The translations under genes were made by a program, and so were the position numbers. The notes beneath the pieces are model-generated. The model made no database searches and was not told the DNA's origin. It saw only the letters and a list, made by a program, of their open reading frames with translations. A stretch of DNA of 64,000 nucleotides from a virus: positions 1 to 64,000 of IMG/VR virus record IMGVR_UViG_3300048687_000113; one strand, written 5' to 3'. Shown here piece by piece: positions 1-8,693 of the stretch; the first letter of the stretch is position 1, and every line of letters starts with the position of its first letter.

Positions 1-2
1 CA

Positions 3-128
3 GACGAAGAGGAGGACATCGACGAGCGATCTCTCGCGATGTTCCATTTCGTCACCCGCGCCGCCTGCTCCGCCGTCATCGCTCACCTCTTGGAATCCGG
101 CGACCTGGAAATCGGAGACGACTCATGA
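3..128 (+). CDS. 3' end of hypothetical protein (partial)
   Basis: Open frame DEEEDIDERSLAMFHFV...GDDS*; stop overlaps next ATG (ATGA). Confidence 0.6.
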   Translation, partial: DEEEDIDERSLAMFHFVTRAACSAVIAHLLESGDLEIGDDS

Positions 129-538
129 GCCAAGAATTCTGGTTGAAGAAGTTCAACGAGGCCCGGGGAGGCACACCCCCGCGCCCGCAGGCCGGCCTCA
201 CACCCGCCGGCACCCCGTGGTGGGCCCACCCCACCTACACGCGCCCCGAGACACCGCCGGCCGAGCCGGCGAGCGAACCGCAGCAGCTCCAGCGCGAGTA
301 CCAGACGGAGCGCGCCCAGTCCGCCAAGCACTCCGAGGTCTGCCCGTCCTGCTCCAGCGAGCACTACTGGCGGCCCACCCCCAACTCCCAGGCGACCTGC
401 TTCGACTGCGGCTGGCCCGTCCAGAACTCCACCCAGGGCGTGGCCATCGCCAACAACAGCAGCGCGCCGGCCCGCGTCTCGCTGCATCAGGCGAAGGGCT
501 CCGGCTACAACCCGACCACCATCATCGGCCACCTCTGA
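125..538 (+). CDS. Hypothetical Zn-ribbon protein
   Basis: CPSC...CFDC motif; ATGA coupling. Confidence 0.7.
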   Translation: MSQEFWLKKFNEARGGTPPRPQAGLTPAGTPWWAHPTYTRPETPPAEPASEPQQLQREYQTERAQSAKHSEVCPSCSSEHYWRPTPNSQATCFDCGWPVQNSTQGVAIANNSSAPARVSLHQAKGSGYNPTTIIGHL

Positions 539-569
539 ACCCGTCCCAGGCTTCCTTCAAGGAGATTCC

Positions 570-785
570 ATGCCTGCCGTCCTCCGCCCCCTTCTGCTGC
601 TTCTCGCCATCTCTTTCAGCGCGGCCGGCCTCTACCTGATCGTCGCGGGAGAAAGCCACAGCAGTACACCCCGGACCCCTCCCCGGACTCCGGCCGCCAG
701 CATCGGCCCCGACGGCGCGAAACCGGCCTGGAGGCACGTCTGCCCCGGCGAGAATAACGATCCGAAATGGTGCGAGGACATCTAA
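570..785 (+). CDS. Small membrane-anchored protein
   Basis: AAGGAG RBS; N-terminal hydrophobic helix. Confidence 0.6.
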   Translation: MPAVLRPLLLLLAISFSAAGLYLIVAGESHSSTPRTPPRTPAASIGPDGAKPAWRHVCPGENNDPKWCEDI

Positions 786-842
786 AAATAGGCCACCCGT
801 TTGGCCCTGTGCGGTATTTTTTGCATTCCATACGGTGCAGGA

Positions 843-1886
843 ATGCCGCTCAGTGATGAGACCCGCGCTCTCATGGCGCAGATCAACAAGAAGTACGGCT
901 CGGGATCGGTTGTTCTCGCATCGAAGATGCCGACCGTTCCGCGATTCACCTCCGGCTCGCTCTCCCTCGACGTAATGCTCGGGGGCGGGTGGCCCGGAAA
1001 TCAGTGGAACGAGATTCTGGGCGCCGAATCCTCCGGCAAGACAACCGTCGTCCACAAAACGATCGCCGCGAATCAGCAGCAGGACCCGAATTTCACCACT
1101 TTCTGGGTCGCCGCTGAGGGCTATGACCATGAATGGGCCGCCACGCTCGGCGTGGACGTGAGCCGCGTCATTGTCTTCGAGACGAACGCGATGGAAGACG
1201 CGTACGCGGAGATGATCAAGGCGGCCAATTCCCGCGCGGTGGACGCGATCGTGCTCGACTCCTACCCCGCGCTCGTCGCCGACGACGAGGACGCCAAGGA
1301 CATGGACGAGGCCACCATGGCGTCCGGGGCCCGCGTCACCGGCCGCTTCTTCCGCAAGGTCGGGGCCGCCACCCGCCGCTCTCTCGTCGAGCAGGAAAGG
1401 CCCGTCCTGTGCCTGATCGTGAATCAATTCCGCGATCAGATCGGGGCCTGGTCCCCCAACGGCACCACCCCGAAGACATCCCCCGGCGGCAAAGCCAAGA
1501 ACTACGCGTACTACACACGCGTCGAGGTGAGCCGGACCGAGTGGATAGACGAGAAACGGCCCGGCGGATCGGTCCGCGTCGGCCAGGTCATCAAGCTCAA
1601 GACCCTCAAATCCAAATCGGCCGCCCCGCAGCAAGTCGCCTCGCTCCGCTTCTATTTCGCCGATAGCTCGGCCGGCTTCCGTGCAGGCGAGTACGACACA
1701 GCATCCCAACTCGTCACACAGGGCGTCCTTCACGGCCTTATCCGCCTCGACGGCTCCTGGTACAAGTACGCCGATTACCAGTGGCACGGCGACAAGAAGA
1801 TGACGTCCGCGCTCCGCGAAGACCTCGACCTCCAAGAGCAGCTCACCAACGACGTGATGGCCGCCGTGGGTCGGGAGGCGGCCTGA
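843..1886 (+). CDS. recA: RecA-family recombinase (phage type)
   Basis: SGSLSLDVMLGGG, Walker A GAESSGKTT, Walker B IVLDS, NQFR, SPGG motifs; TACGGT -10 six nt before ATG (probably leaderless). Confidence 0.95.
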   Translation: MPLSDETRALMAQINKKYGSGSVVLASKMPTVPRFTSGSLSLDVMLGGGWPGNQWNEILGAESSGKTTVVHKTIAANQQQDPNFTTFWVAAEGYDHEWAATLGVDVSRVIVFETNAMEDAYAEMIKAANSRAVDAIVLDSYPALVADDEDAKDMDEATMASGARVTGRFFRKVGAATRRSLVEQERPVLCLIVNQFRDQIGAWSPNGTTPKTSPGGKAKNYAYYTRVEVSRTEWIDEKRPGGSVRVGQVIKLKTLKSKSAAPQQVASLRFYFADSSAGFRAGEYDTASQLVTQGVLHGLIRLDGSWYKYADYQWHGDKKMTSALREDLDLQEQLTNDVMAAVGREAA

Positions 1887-2200
1887 TGGACCGCCGCATC
1901 AAAGCCTCCCGCCGCCAGGAAAAGAAGCTCGCCAAGGACATCGGCGGCACCACTACCGCCCGCTCCGGCGCCGGATGGGCCGTCAAAAACGACGTCCGCA
2001 ACCAGGACTGGTCCATCGAATGCAAAACCACGGCCGCCGCCCGCTTCTCCCTGACCCACCGCGACCTCGTCAACGCCGAGACCAACGCGCTGCTGGATTT
2101 GCGGCAGATGGCCTTCGCGATCGAGATGCAGGGCCGCACCTGGGTCGTCGTCTCCAGGGAGACGTTCCTGCGCCTGATCGAGCGTGAGGAGGACACGTGA
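1886..2200 (+). CDS. PD-(D/E)xK nuclease, Holliday-junction resolvase-like
   Basis: QE..SGAG..KND..IECKTT motif; TGATG coupling to recA. Confidence 0.8.
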   Translation: MDRRIKASRRQEKKLAKDIGGTTTARSGAGWAVKNDVRNQDWSIECKTTAAARFSLTHRDLVNAETNALLDLRQMAFAIEMQGRTWVVVSRETFLRLIEREEDT

Positions 2201-2565
2201 TGGGGATTCGCGCCGTCGTCAACGCCCCCAACTGGTCCGAGACGCACCACCGGGGCGAGGCCAAATGCCGTGACACCTCACTCACCCCCACGCGGAACCG
2301 GGACGTGTTCTTCGAGGACGAATCCCTCGCCCTCGACATCTGCAACGGCACTTACGACGGCCAGGTGTGCCCCCGCCGCACCGAATGCCTGCGCGTGGCC
2401 ATGTTCAACCGGGAGAACTTCGGCGTCTGGGGCGGAATGACCGCTCAGGACCGCCTCGAAATGCGCATGCGCCACCCCCAGATGCCCGAGCGCTGGATCT
2501 GGCACGCCCCCGGACAAACCGAAAGCCCCAGCAACGAGGAGAACCAGTGGCCAGCCGCGTCGTAA
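2200..2565 (+). CDS. WhiB-family transcription factor
   Basis: Four Cys (AKC, IC, CP, EC) and GVWGG turn. Confidence 0.9.
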   Translation: MGIRAVVNAPNWSETHHRGEAKCRDTSLTPTRNRDVFFEDESLALDICNGTYDGQVCPRRTECLRVAMFNRENFGVWGGMTAQDRLEMRMRHPQMPERWIWHAPGQTESPSNEENQWPAAS

Positions 2566-3458
2566 AAGCGGGCCCCGCGCTCACCCAGTACCTGAACGCT
2601 GCCAAGGCATCCGAACCGCTCTACGGCGACGTGCAAAAGCACGTCCTGGAAAAGGCACTGCGCCCCTCCGGCCGCCGCCAGGACGTCCTCCACCCCTCCG
2701 AGATGGTCAAGCCCGACTGGTGCCACCTCGCCGCGTTCCACCGCCTGCGCCTCGAAGCCGAGCCGGCCGAACGCTCACGCACCACCTTCACCCGCGAAAA
2801 CATTTTCCAGGAGGGCCACGAAACCCACCGCAAATGGCAGCGCTGGCTCACCGAAATGAACCGCCTCGCCGGCGACTGGAAGTGCTGGTACTGCGGCGAC
2901 GTCTTCTGGAACGACACCACACCGGCCGAATGCCACTCCTGCTCCGCGCCGCCGTCCTGCCTTGAGTACGCCGAAGTCCCCCTCAACGCAACGGCCTTGC
3001 GCATCGGCGGCAAGGCCGACGGCTACGCCCCCGACGACTGGGCTCTCATCGAAATCAAGACGCTCGGGCTCGGCTCCCTGCGCTACGAGCGCCCCGAATT
3101 CCTGGAGCGCCACATGGTCGAGACCGAGACCTTCGGAAATCTCCCGGACCTGACTCGCCTGTGGAAAGACTTCCGCCGCCCACTGCCCTCCGCCGTGCGC
3201 CAGACGCAGCTCTACATGTACCTGGCCAATCATTTCGAGGATCTGCCGGCCGAGCGCTGCGTCTTCTTCTACGACTTCAAGTCGACCCAGGAAACCAAGA
3301 GTTTCACGGTCACCTACGACGAAGCGTTCTCCGAGCCGCTCATCGAAGCCGCCACCGCGATCGTCGACTGCGTCAAAACCGACACCCCACCCCACTGCAA
3401 CATCAACGGCCGGGCGGGCTGTCCTGCGTGCCTGGAATTCAAGGAGCCGACGAAATGA
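2547..3458 (+). CDS. Cas4-like PD-(D/E)xK exonuclease (phage recombination)
   Basis: HPSE..C, G...H, GKADG, IEIKT, QTQLY, C-terminal C..CPAC; extra CxxC pairs. Confidence 0.85.
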   Translation: MASRVVKAGPALTQYLNAAKASEPLYGDVQKHVLEKALRPSGRRQDVLHPSEMVKPDWCHLAAFHRLRLEAEPAERSRTTFTRENIFQEGHETHRKWQRWLTEMNRLAGDWKCWYCGDVFWNDTTPAECHSCSAPPSCLEYAEVPLNATALRIGGKADGYAPDDWALIEIKTLGLGSLRYERPEFLERHMVETETFGNLPDLTRLWKDFRRPLPSAVRQTQLYMYLANHFEDLPAERCVFFYDFKSTQETKSFTVTYDEAFSEPLIEAATAIVDCVKTDTPPHCNINGRAGCPACLEFKEPTK

Positions 3459-3925
3459 GCGCATGGGACCACGTCACCGACGCCGTTGAGCGCCAGGGAT
3501 TCCCCCGTGAAGAGCAACCCGACGGGGTGCTCCCGGACTTCCCCACCGACATCACCGCCATGCAGAGCGAGGACATCAACCGGCTGTCCGCCGAGTACAT
3601 GGTGTGGCAGGAGTACGCCGCAGCCCGGGTCAGCGAGGCCCGCACCCGCGAGGACGAATGCGAAGACCGCCTCGACGAGCAGCTCGCCACCGCGACCGCC
3701 TCCGTCCAGGGCGAGAAGACCGTCGCCGGCCGCAAGGCCGCAGCCGCCGCACACCCCGACGTCCGTGACGCGAAGACCGAGCTGCGCAACGCCGTCGCCC
3801 TGCGCCGGCGCTACGAGGACATCGCCAAGAACATCGAGTGGCGGCGCACCCTGCTCTCCCGCGAGATCACCCGCCGCAAGGACACCCAGCCCCTCGACTC
3901 CCGCGACGCCCGCTGGAGGCCGTAA
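3455..3925 (+). CDS. Coiled-coil hypothetical protein (possibly UvsY-like mediator)
   Basis: Helical; coupled between exonuclease and RuvC-like gene; function is inference. Confidence 0.65.
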   Translation: MSAWDHVTDAVERQGFPREEQPDGVLPDFPTDITAMQSEDINRLSAEYMVWQEYAAARVSEARTREDECEDRLDEQLATATASVQGEKTVAGRKAAAAAHPDVRDAKTELRNAVALRRRYEDIAKNIEWRRTLLSREITRRKDTQPLDSRDARWRP

Positions 3926-4486
3926 ATGGCCCGCCAGTTCATCGGCATCGACCAGTCCTACTCGGGCTGCGCCATCGTCATCTATCGGCCCTGCGGCACC
4001 GACTGGAACGCACGCGAAACCGTCTTCGACTTCTCCCCCAAGCGCGTCGGCAACGGAATCCCCCGCCTCGTCCACGTCCAGCACACCTTGCGCGAGCACT
4101 TCGCCGCCATCGAACGCCTCGGCACCGTCTCCCACATCTGCTACGAGGGCTACTCCTACGGCTCGAAGTACCGGCGCGAGGAGATGGGAGAACTCGGCGC
4201 CGCGCTCAAGCTGGCCCTGGCCCACCAGTTCCCCATGCATGTCCAGCGGCGCATGCACGCCGTCGCCCCGCCCAGCGTCAAGAAATACGTGACCGGCTCC
4301 GGCCGCGCCGACAAGGACAAGATGCTTCTTGCCGTATTCAAGCGCTGGGAGCACGAAGCCTCCTGCCACGACGCCGCAGACGCCTACGTACTGGCGCGGA
4401 TCGCCGCCGCCCTGGCCAGCCCCGAACCACCCGAGCTGGCGTTCCAGAAGGAGGTGCTGGACACGATCCGCAAGGGCGAGGCATAA
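3926..4486 (+). CDS. RuvC-like Holliday junction resolvase
   Basis: IGIDQS, YEGY, ELG, VKKYVTGSGRADK, DAADA motifs. Confidence 0.9.
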   Translation: MARQFIGIDQSYSGCAIVIYRPCGTDWNARETVFDFSPKRVGNGIPRLVHVQHTLREHFAAIERLGTVSHICYEGYSYGSKYRREEMGELGAALKLALAHQFPMHVQRRMHAVAPPSVKKYVTGSGRADKDKMLLAVFKRWEHEASCHDAADAYVLARIAAALASPEPPELAFQKEVLDTIRKGEA

Positions 4487-4549
4487 CAACCGGTAATTGA
4501 CTGCCCATACGCTCCCTGCATCAGTTCAAAAGCAGGGAGCGTAATTGCC

Positions 4550-4864
4550 GTGCAGAATCAGGACACGCCCTCGCGCGTGCGGGAATTCAGAGTGAAGTCC
4601 ACCACGCCTCCACCGGAACTCGGCTCCGCCATTGCCCACGCCATCAAGGCCGGCGACGAAATCAGCCTCAAGGCCGTGGGGGCAGGCGCCATCAACCAGG
4701 CCGTCAAGTCCATCCCGATCGCGCAGAGTTTCGTCAGCAGCTTCGGCGTCGAACTCACAGAGAAGATCACGTTCTTCCGCAGCACGACCCCGGAAGGCGA
4801 ACTCCTCGGTATCTCGATCCTTGTCAGGACCGAGAAATATCCGCTGGAAACTGCACGCCCCTAA
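4550..4864 (+). CDS. SpoVS-like (Alba-fold) protein
   Basis: RVKSTT.P..LGSAIAH..AVGAGAINQAVKSI matches the SpoVS pattern. Confidence 0.8.
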   Translation: MQNQDTPSRVREFRVKSTTPPPELGSAIAHAIKAGDEISLKAVGAGAINQAVKSIPIAQSFVSSFGVELTEKITFFRSTTPEGELLGISILVRTEKYPLETARP

Positions 4865-4957
4865 ACTCCCCGGAGCAGGGCCACTCTCTACCGATTCGTA
4901 CAGCACTCGTGTTCAGCATCTCCCCACGGGCCCTACACGCGCCGCGCGGAGGAGAAC

Positions 4958-5335
4958 ATGAGCGAGAAGCACTGGACCCCGCCCAACAAGGGCAAGACGA
5001 ACATCGTCAGCGCCCTGAACACCGGCGAATTCCCCACCATGGCAGGCGAGTCGCACAACGTCCATTGGGCCCGCCCGACCAACGGCACCTCCCGGTCCCG
5101 CTCGGGCCTGGCCAAGAGCCAGGACCCCACGGTGAAGAACGCCGCACACCGCTCGCACCGCACCACCAGCGCGTCCGAGACGTACGGCCCGACCGGCGTC
5201 GTCACCGTCGCCCGCTCCTACCACGGCGCCGGCTGCCCCTGCTGCGCAACCACCAGCTCCCGCCGGGTGCGCTCCGCGTTCGGTGAGCAGGAGAACTTCC
5301 GCAGCGGCGGCTCGACCGGCTACAAGGCGGGCTGA
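4958..5335 (+). CDS. Hypothetical protein (probable virion module)
   Basis: GGAGGAG RBS; first of a run of coupled small genes. Confidence 0.7.
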   Translation: MSEKHWTPPNKGKTNIVSALNTGEFPTMAGESHNVHWARPTNGTSRSRSGLAKSQDPTVKNAAHRSHRTTSASETYGPTGVVTVARSYHGAGCPCCATTSSRRVRSAFGEQENFRSGGSTGYKAG

Positions 5336-5338
5336 GCC

Positions 5339-5623
5339 GTGCTGCCCCTGATCGCCGGCATAGCCGGCAGGGCCGCACTGTCGATGGGGGCCCGCGCAGC
5401 AGCCGGCACCGCCGCCCGCTCGGCCGTCACCTCGGCCGCAGAGAGCGGCGCCATCCGCGCCGGCACCGCCGCATCCGCCGGCCCGTCCTCGAAGGTGCTC
5501 TCGGCCATGCAGTTCGGCAACGCCGCCTCCAATGCCCTGCAAGGCAGCGGAAGCGACGGGGGCCCGGCAGCCGCGCCCTCCGCTCCGCCGCCTGCCGACG
5601 ACCTCGGGTGGGCGCGCTCATGA
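5339..5623 (+). CDS. Ala-rich hypothetical protein
   Basis: ORF coupled to the next gene. Confidence 0.65.
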   Translation: MLPLIAGIAGRAALSMGARAAAGTAARSAVTSAAESGAIRAGTAASAGPSSKVLSAMQFGNAASNALQGSGSDGGPAAAPSAPPPADDLGWARS

Positions 5624-5826
5624 GCACTGGAGCCACCTCACCCAGCAGCCCGCGCACGGCCTCCCTGCCGCTGACCGGCTCGGCCGCCAACGGCTCCCTC
5701 GCCGTCGCCCCCGCCCGGCCGGACATGGACCAGCAGGCCGACACCGGGTTCGCCGCCAACACGGGCCTCGACCGCACATCCGCACTCAACGAGTTCTCCC
5801 ACGGAGCCCAGTCCACCTGGAGGTGA
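5620..5826 (+). CDS. Hypothetical protein
   Basis: ATGA overlap. Confidence 0.6.
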   Translation: MSTGATSPSSPRTASLPLTGSAANGSLAVAPARPDMDQQADTGFAANTGLDRTSALNEFSHGAQSTWR

Positions 5827-5827
5827 C

Positions 5828-6637
5828 ATGCCTGAGTTCTCTCAGCAGTTCCGCCAGCCGGCCTTCTACGGGTACGGCGACCAGGGCATGGCCAAGCACC
5901 GTGTTGTCCCCGACGTGCCCACGCCCCAGGCCCCCTCGCCCGCGCCCCGGGCGCAGGGCCAGCAAGCCTCCCTGTTCTCCGCCGAGGAGACCCGCAATCC
6001 GCAGGGCCCCGGCGCCCCGACGTTCAACGCGTCCCAGTTCCGCACCGCCCAGCACGCGCTTCCGGGCATGAGCAATCCCGCGATGCGCTCGCAGCGCGTC
6101 ACCCCGGCCGCAGCCCCGCAGGCACCCGAGACGACCGACCGTTCCGCCTCTGGGCCCCGATGGGTGCAGTCCCCGATCACCGGCCTGGGCCCCGCCCGCT
6201 CCTCCGTCCACGCGCCCGGCGCGGCCGGCCCGAGCCCCACCCGCTGGCACACCCCCGCGCAGGCCCCCAGCGACGAGCCCACCCGCGAGCCGCGCACGGT
6301 CACCATCAACGGGGCCGACTACCAGGCCGTGAGCGACCGCTTCGGTGCGCCGCCCGGCGCCAGGGGCACCACCGGCCGCCGGGCCTCGGACCCGTCACCC
6401 ACGCCCGCCCCGGACACCAGCGGGCCGCAGCATCCGCCGCAGCCCTCCCAGCCGCCCGCCACCGGACCCGCGCGCACCTCGCAGACGCCGGCCTGGGTCG
6501 GGCGCACCGCCCGCTACGGCGGTCTCGCCGTCGGCCTGGCGGCCGAGGCGTCCGAGTCGATGAACAAGGTCGCCACCGACCCGAAGCGGGCCGGCAATCC
6601 CAAGTTCCAGACGAGCGGAGGGTGGGCCAAGTCATGA
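5828..6637 (+). CDS. Pro-rich low-complexity hypothetical protein
   Basis: GGAGG RBS; high GC3. Confidence 0.7.
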   Translation: MPEFSQQFRQPAFYGYGDQGMAKHRVVPDVPTPQAPSPAPRAQGQQASLFSAEETRNPQGPGAPTFNASQFRTAQHALPGMSNPAMRSQRVTPAAAPQAPETTDRSASGPRWVQSPITGLGPARSSVHAPGAAGPSPTRWHTPAQAPSDEPTREPRTVTINGADYQAVSDRFGAPPGARGTTGRRASDPSPTPAPDTSGPQHPPQPSQPPATGPARTSQTPAWVGRTARYGGLAVGLAAEASESMNKVATDPKRAGNPKFQTSGGWAKS

Positions 6638-7206
6638 CCTACTCCAGCCGTGCCGGCGCCAACTCCAACCTGTCCTACAACCCGCCCTACCAGGGCGGCC
6701 CGGTTTCCGGCGGCACCACCTACACCGGCGGCAGCGGCGGCTACCTGATGACCGGGGCCCGCGACATCCTCGACGCCCGCCGTCTCATGGAGACCGGGCA
6801 CACCCCGAGCGCGGAGTACCCGGACGGATACCTCGGCACGATCGGCAGCAATACGCGGCGCCAGGACCGGCTCCTGGACCAGATCGGCAACCGCGCCACG
6901 CAGAAGTCCTACCAGCGTGGCGTGCACAAAGGGGAGCGCATCGACCCCGCCGATTACTACTGGACCGACGACGTCCACCCGAGCGCCGGGCTTGAGGCAC
7001 AGGCGCGCGGCGAGAAGTGGACGCAAGCCGGCTCGATGATCGGGTCGCCGCTCGTCAACGACGGCAAGAGCGAGACCCTCGTCGCCACCCAGGCCCGCTT
7101 CGCCACCGCGCAGCGCGTGTACACGCAGGAAGTCACGCCGCCGTTCACCGCCGTCAACGAGCAGCGTCGCGCCCAGTTGCAGCGTTTCCGCCCGGCGTGG
7201 AGGTGA
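6634..7206 (+). CDS. Phage hypothetical protein (YQRGVHKGERID motif)
   Basis: ATGA overlap; well-formed ORF. Confidence 0.75.
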   Translation: MTYSSRAGANSNLSYNPPYQGGPVSGGTTYTGGSGGYLMTGARDILDARRLMETGHTPSAEYPDGYLGTIGSNTRRQDRLLDQIGNRATQKSYQRGVHKGERIDPADYYWTDDVHPSAGLEAQARGEKWTQAGSMIGSPLVNDGKSETLVATQARFATAQRVYTQEVTPPFTAVNEQRRAQLQRFRPAWR

Positions 7207-7209
7207 GCT

Positions 7210-7503
7210 GTGCTTTCCCAGGACTCGATATACGCACGTCGGCCGTGGTCGTCGCTCCAGGAACAGCAGGTCACCAACTATTTGCGTGAGTGGACTGACC
7301 TGCCGCCGGACGCCGCTCGCCGTATCAAGCCGCCGGTGCCCAACATCGGCAGGCTGCCGCCTCGGTTCGGCTACCGCCAGCACACCCCGACCATCGACGA
7401 CATCGCCCGCCTGGACACCGTCTACCCCGGCTCCCGCGTCGACTACAGCCAGCGCCAGTCCGGGTATTCCGCGACCTCTTATCCCGCTCTGGGAGTGATC
7501 TGA
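7210..7503 (+). CDS. Hypothetical protein
   Basis: GGAGG RBS, GTG start. Confidence 0.7.
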   Translation: MLSQDSIYARRPWSSLQEQQVTNYLREWTDLPPDAARRIKPPVPNIGRLPPRFGYRQHTPTIDDIARLDTVYPGSRVDYSQRQSGYSATSYPALGVI

Positions 7504-7504
7504 C

Positions 7505-7756
7505 ATGCCGAAGGCGACCAGCCTCTCCGACCGACGCCGGCACGGCCGTGGAGACAACTCCAGCCGTGTCGTCAGCAGCAAGGCCAACCTCCAGGACCAG
7601 CGCACCAAGGGCGCGTACGGGCCCAAGGCGCCCAGCGCGAACTCGGAGTTCTCCGCAGGCGTCAACGTCGGCCGCACCATGGGCGCCGGCGTGAAGTCCG
7701 GCTCCTCGAAGACACGTGCCGCACCGGCCGTCCGAAAGCTCGGGGAGAAGAAGTGA
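7505..7756 (+). CDS. Small basic protein
   Basis: GGGAG RBS; K/R-rich. Confidence 0.65.
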   Translation: MPKATSLSDRRRHGRGDNSSRVVSSKANLQDQRTKGAYGPKAPSANSEFSAGVNVGRTMGAGVKSGSSKTRAAPAVRKLGEKK

Positions 7757-7875
7757 TGCGACTGCCCCGGCTCAACCTCAACTGGCTGCGCCGCTCCACG
7801 GCCAAGGCACAGCCCGTCGTGAAGAAGGCGGCGAAGAAGGTGGCCGCGAAGAAGAAGGCAGGTGGGACGAAGTGA
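7756..7875 (+). CDS. 39-aa Lys/Ala-rich peptide
   Basis: MRLPRLNLNWLRRSTAKAQPVVKKAAKKVAAKKKAGGTK; TGATG and GTGA overlaps on both sides. Confidence 0.6.
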   Translation: MRLPRLNLNWLRRSTAKAQPVVKKAAKKVAAKKKAGGTK

Positions 7876-8123
7876 GCTACGCGAACCCGCGCTCCCTCAC
7901 CGGAGACCTCAACGAAGGCGTCACCGACGGCGCCTACAAGAAGGTCGTGACCGACCGGGGCGGCCAGGTCGAATCCACCACCTGGCACGCCCGCTCCGAC
8001 CTCAACGACTGCTGGTACGGCATCCACGAAGACCCGCTCAAGCACACCCCCGACGGCCGGCCCGTCACCACACCCAATTACGTGGGCACGCCGGCCCCCA
8101 CCGCGTTCGGCTACGGGATCTGA
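7872..8123 (+). CDS. Hypothetical protein
   Basis: GTG start overlapping the previous stop. Confidence 0.7.
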   Translation: MSYANPRSLTGDLNEGVTDGAYKKVVTDRGGQVESTTWHARSDLNDCWYGIHEDPLKHTPDGRPVTTPNYVGTPAPTAFGYGI

Positions 8124-8124
8124 T

Positions 8125-8532
8125 GTGAAGCGAGACTGCGGCGCTTACTACTACTACCCCCCGGCCCTGACGAAGAAGTTGCTGGGCGTCGGCCTCAGCG
8201 TCTTCACGGCTGCCGCCGCCCTGCAAAAGGCGCTGGGCTCGACACCGTTCTCGGTCGTGGACGCCCCGAACGACAGTGCCGCGTACAGCATCGCTCTCGC
8301 CTACACCACGCTCGGAGTCGTTCTCGGAGTCGCCTCCACCGTCTACTCCCTCAAGACGTCGAGCCTGCGCCTGATGGGATATCTCGCCGCATACCTTCTG
8401 GCTTTCGCTTCAGTTTCGCTTTTCAATTCGCCGGCCACACTGTGGATGCAGATAGCCAACGTGACGGCTTTTATCGGAGTTTCCCTGGCGGCATTCTCCG
8501 CATGGCTGAGGCATCTGCGGGAGCGGCAATGA
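8125..8532 (+). CDS. Multi-pass membrane protein
   Basis: About four hydrophobic segments. Confidence 0.65.
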   Translation: MKRDCGAYYYYPPALTKKLLGVGLSVFTAAAALQKALGSTPFSVVDAPNDSAAYSIALAYTTLGVVLGVASTVYSLKTSSLRLMGYLAAYLLAFASVSLFNSPATLWMQIANVTAFIGVSLAAFSAWLRHLRERQ

Positions 8533-8693
8533 CAATGAGCGACGTGGCGGCACAACTGCTGTCCATTCTGGTCAGCGCTTTTGGCCTCGTCATTTTCCGG
8601 CTGATCGCCAAGTACCTGCCCGAAGACCCCCCGCCGGTCCGCCGCGACACCGGCACGAACACAGCCGAGGAAGGCCCCCCTGATGGCGAATGA
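8529..8693 (+). CDS. Small single-TM membrane protein
   Basis: ATGA overlap; hydrophobic helix. Confidence 0.6.
   Translation: MTMSDVAAQLLSILVSAFGLVIFRLIAKYLPEDPPPVRRDTGTNTAEEGPPDGE

Noticed and set aside
2547-3458. Cas4-like gene as the cas partner of the mini-array
   Set aside because: It lies 46 kb away inside a RecA/RuvC recombination operon, solo Cas4-like nucleases are routine in phages, and type I-E systems lack Cas4.
5339-7206. Shared C-terminal motifs GWA(R/K)S and WR as a virion-targeting signal
   Set aside because: Explained by overlap with the next gene's RBS and ATGA (TGGAGGTGA encodes WR-stop).
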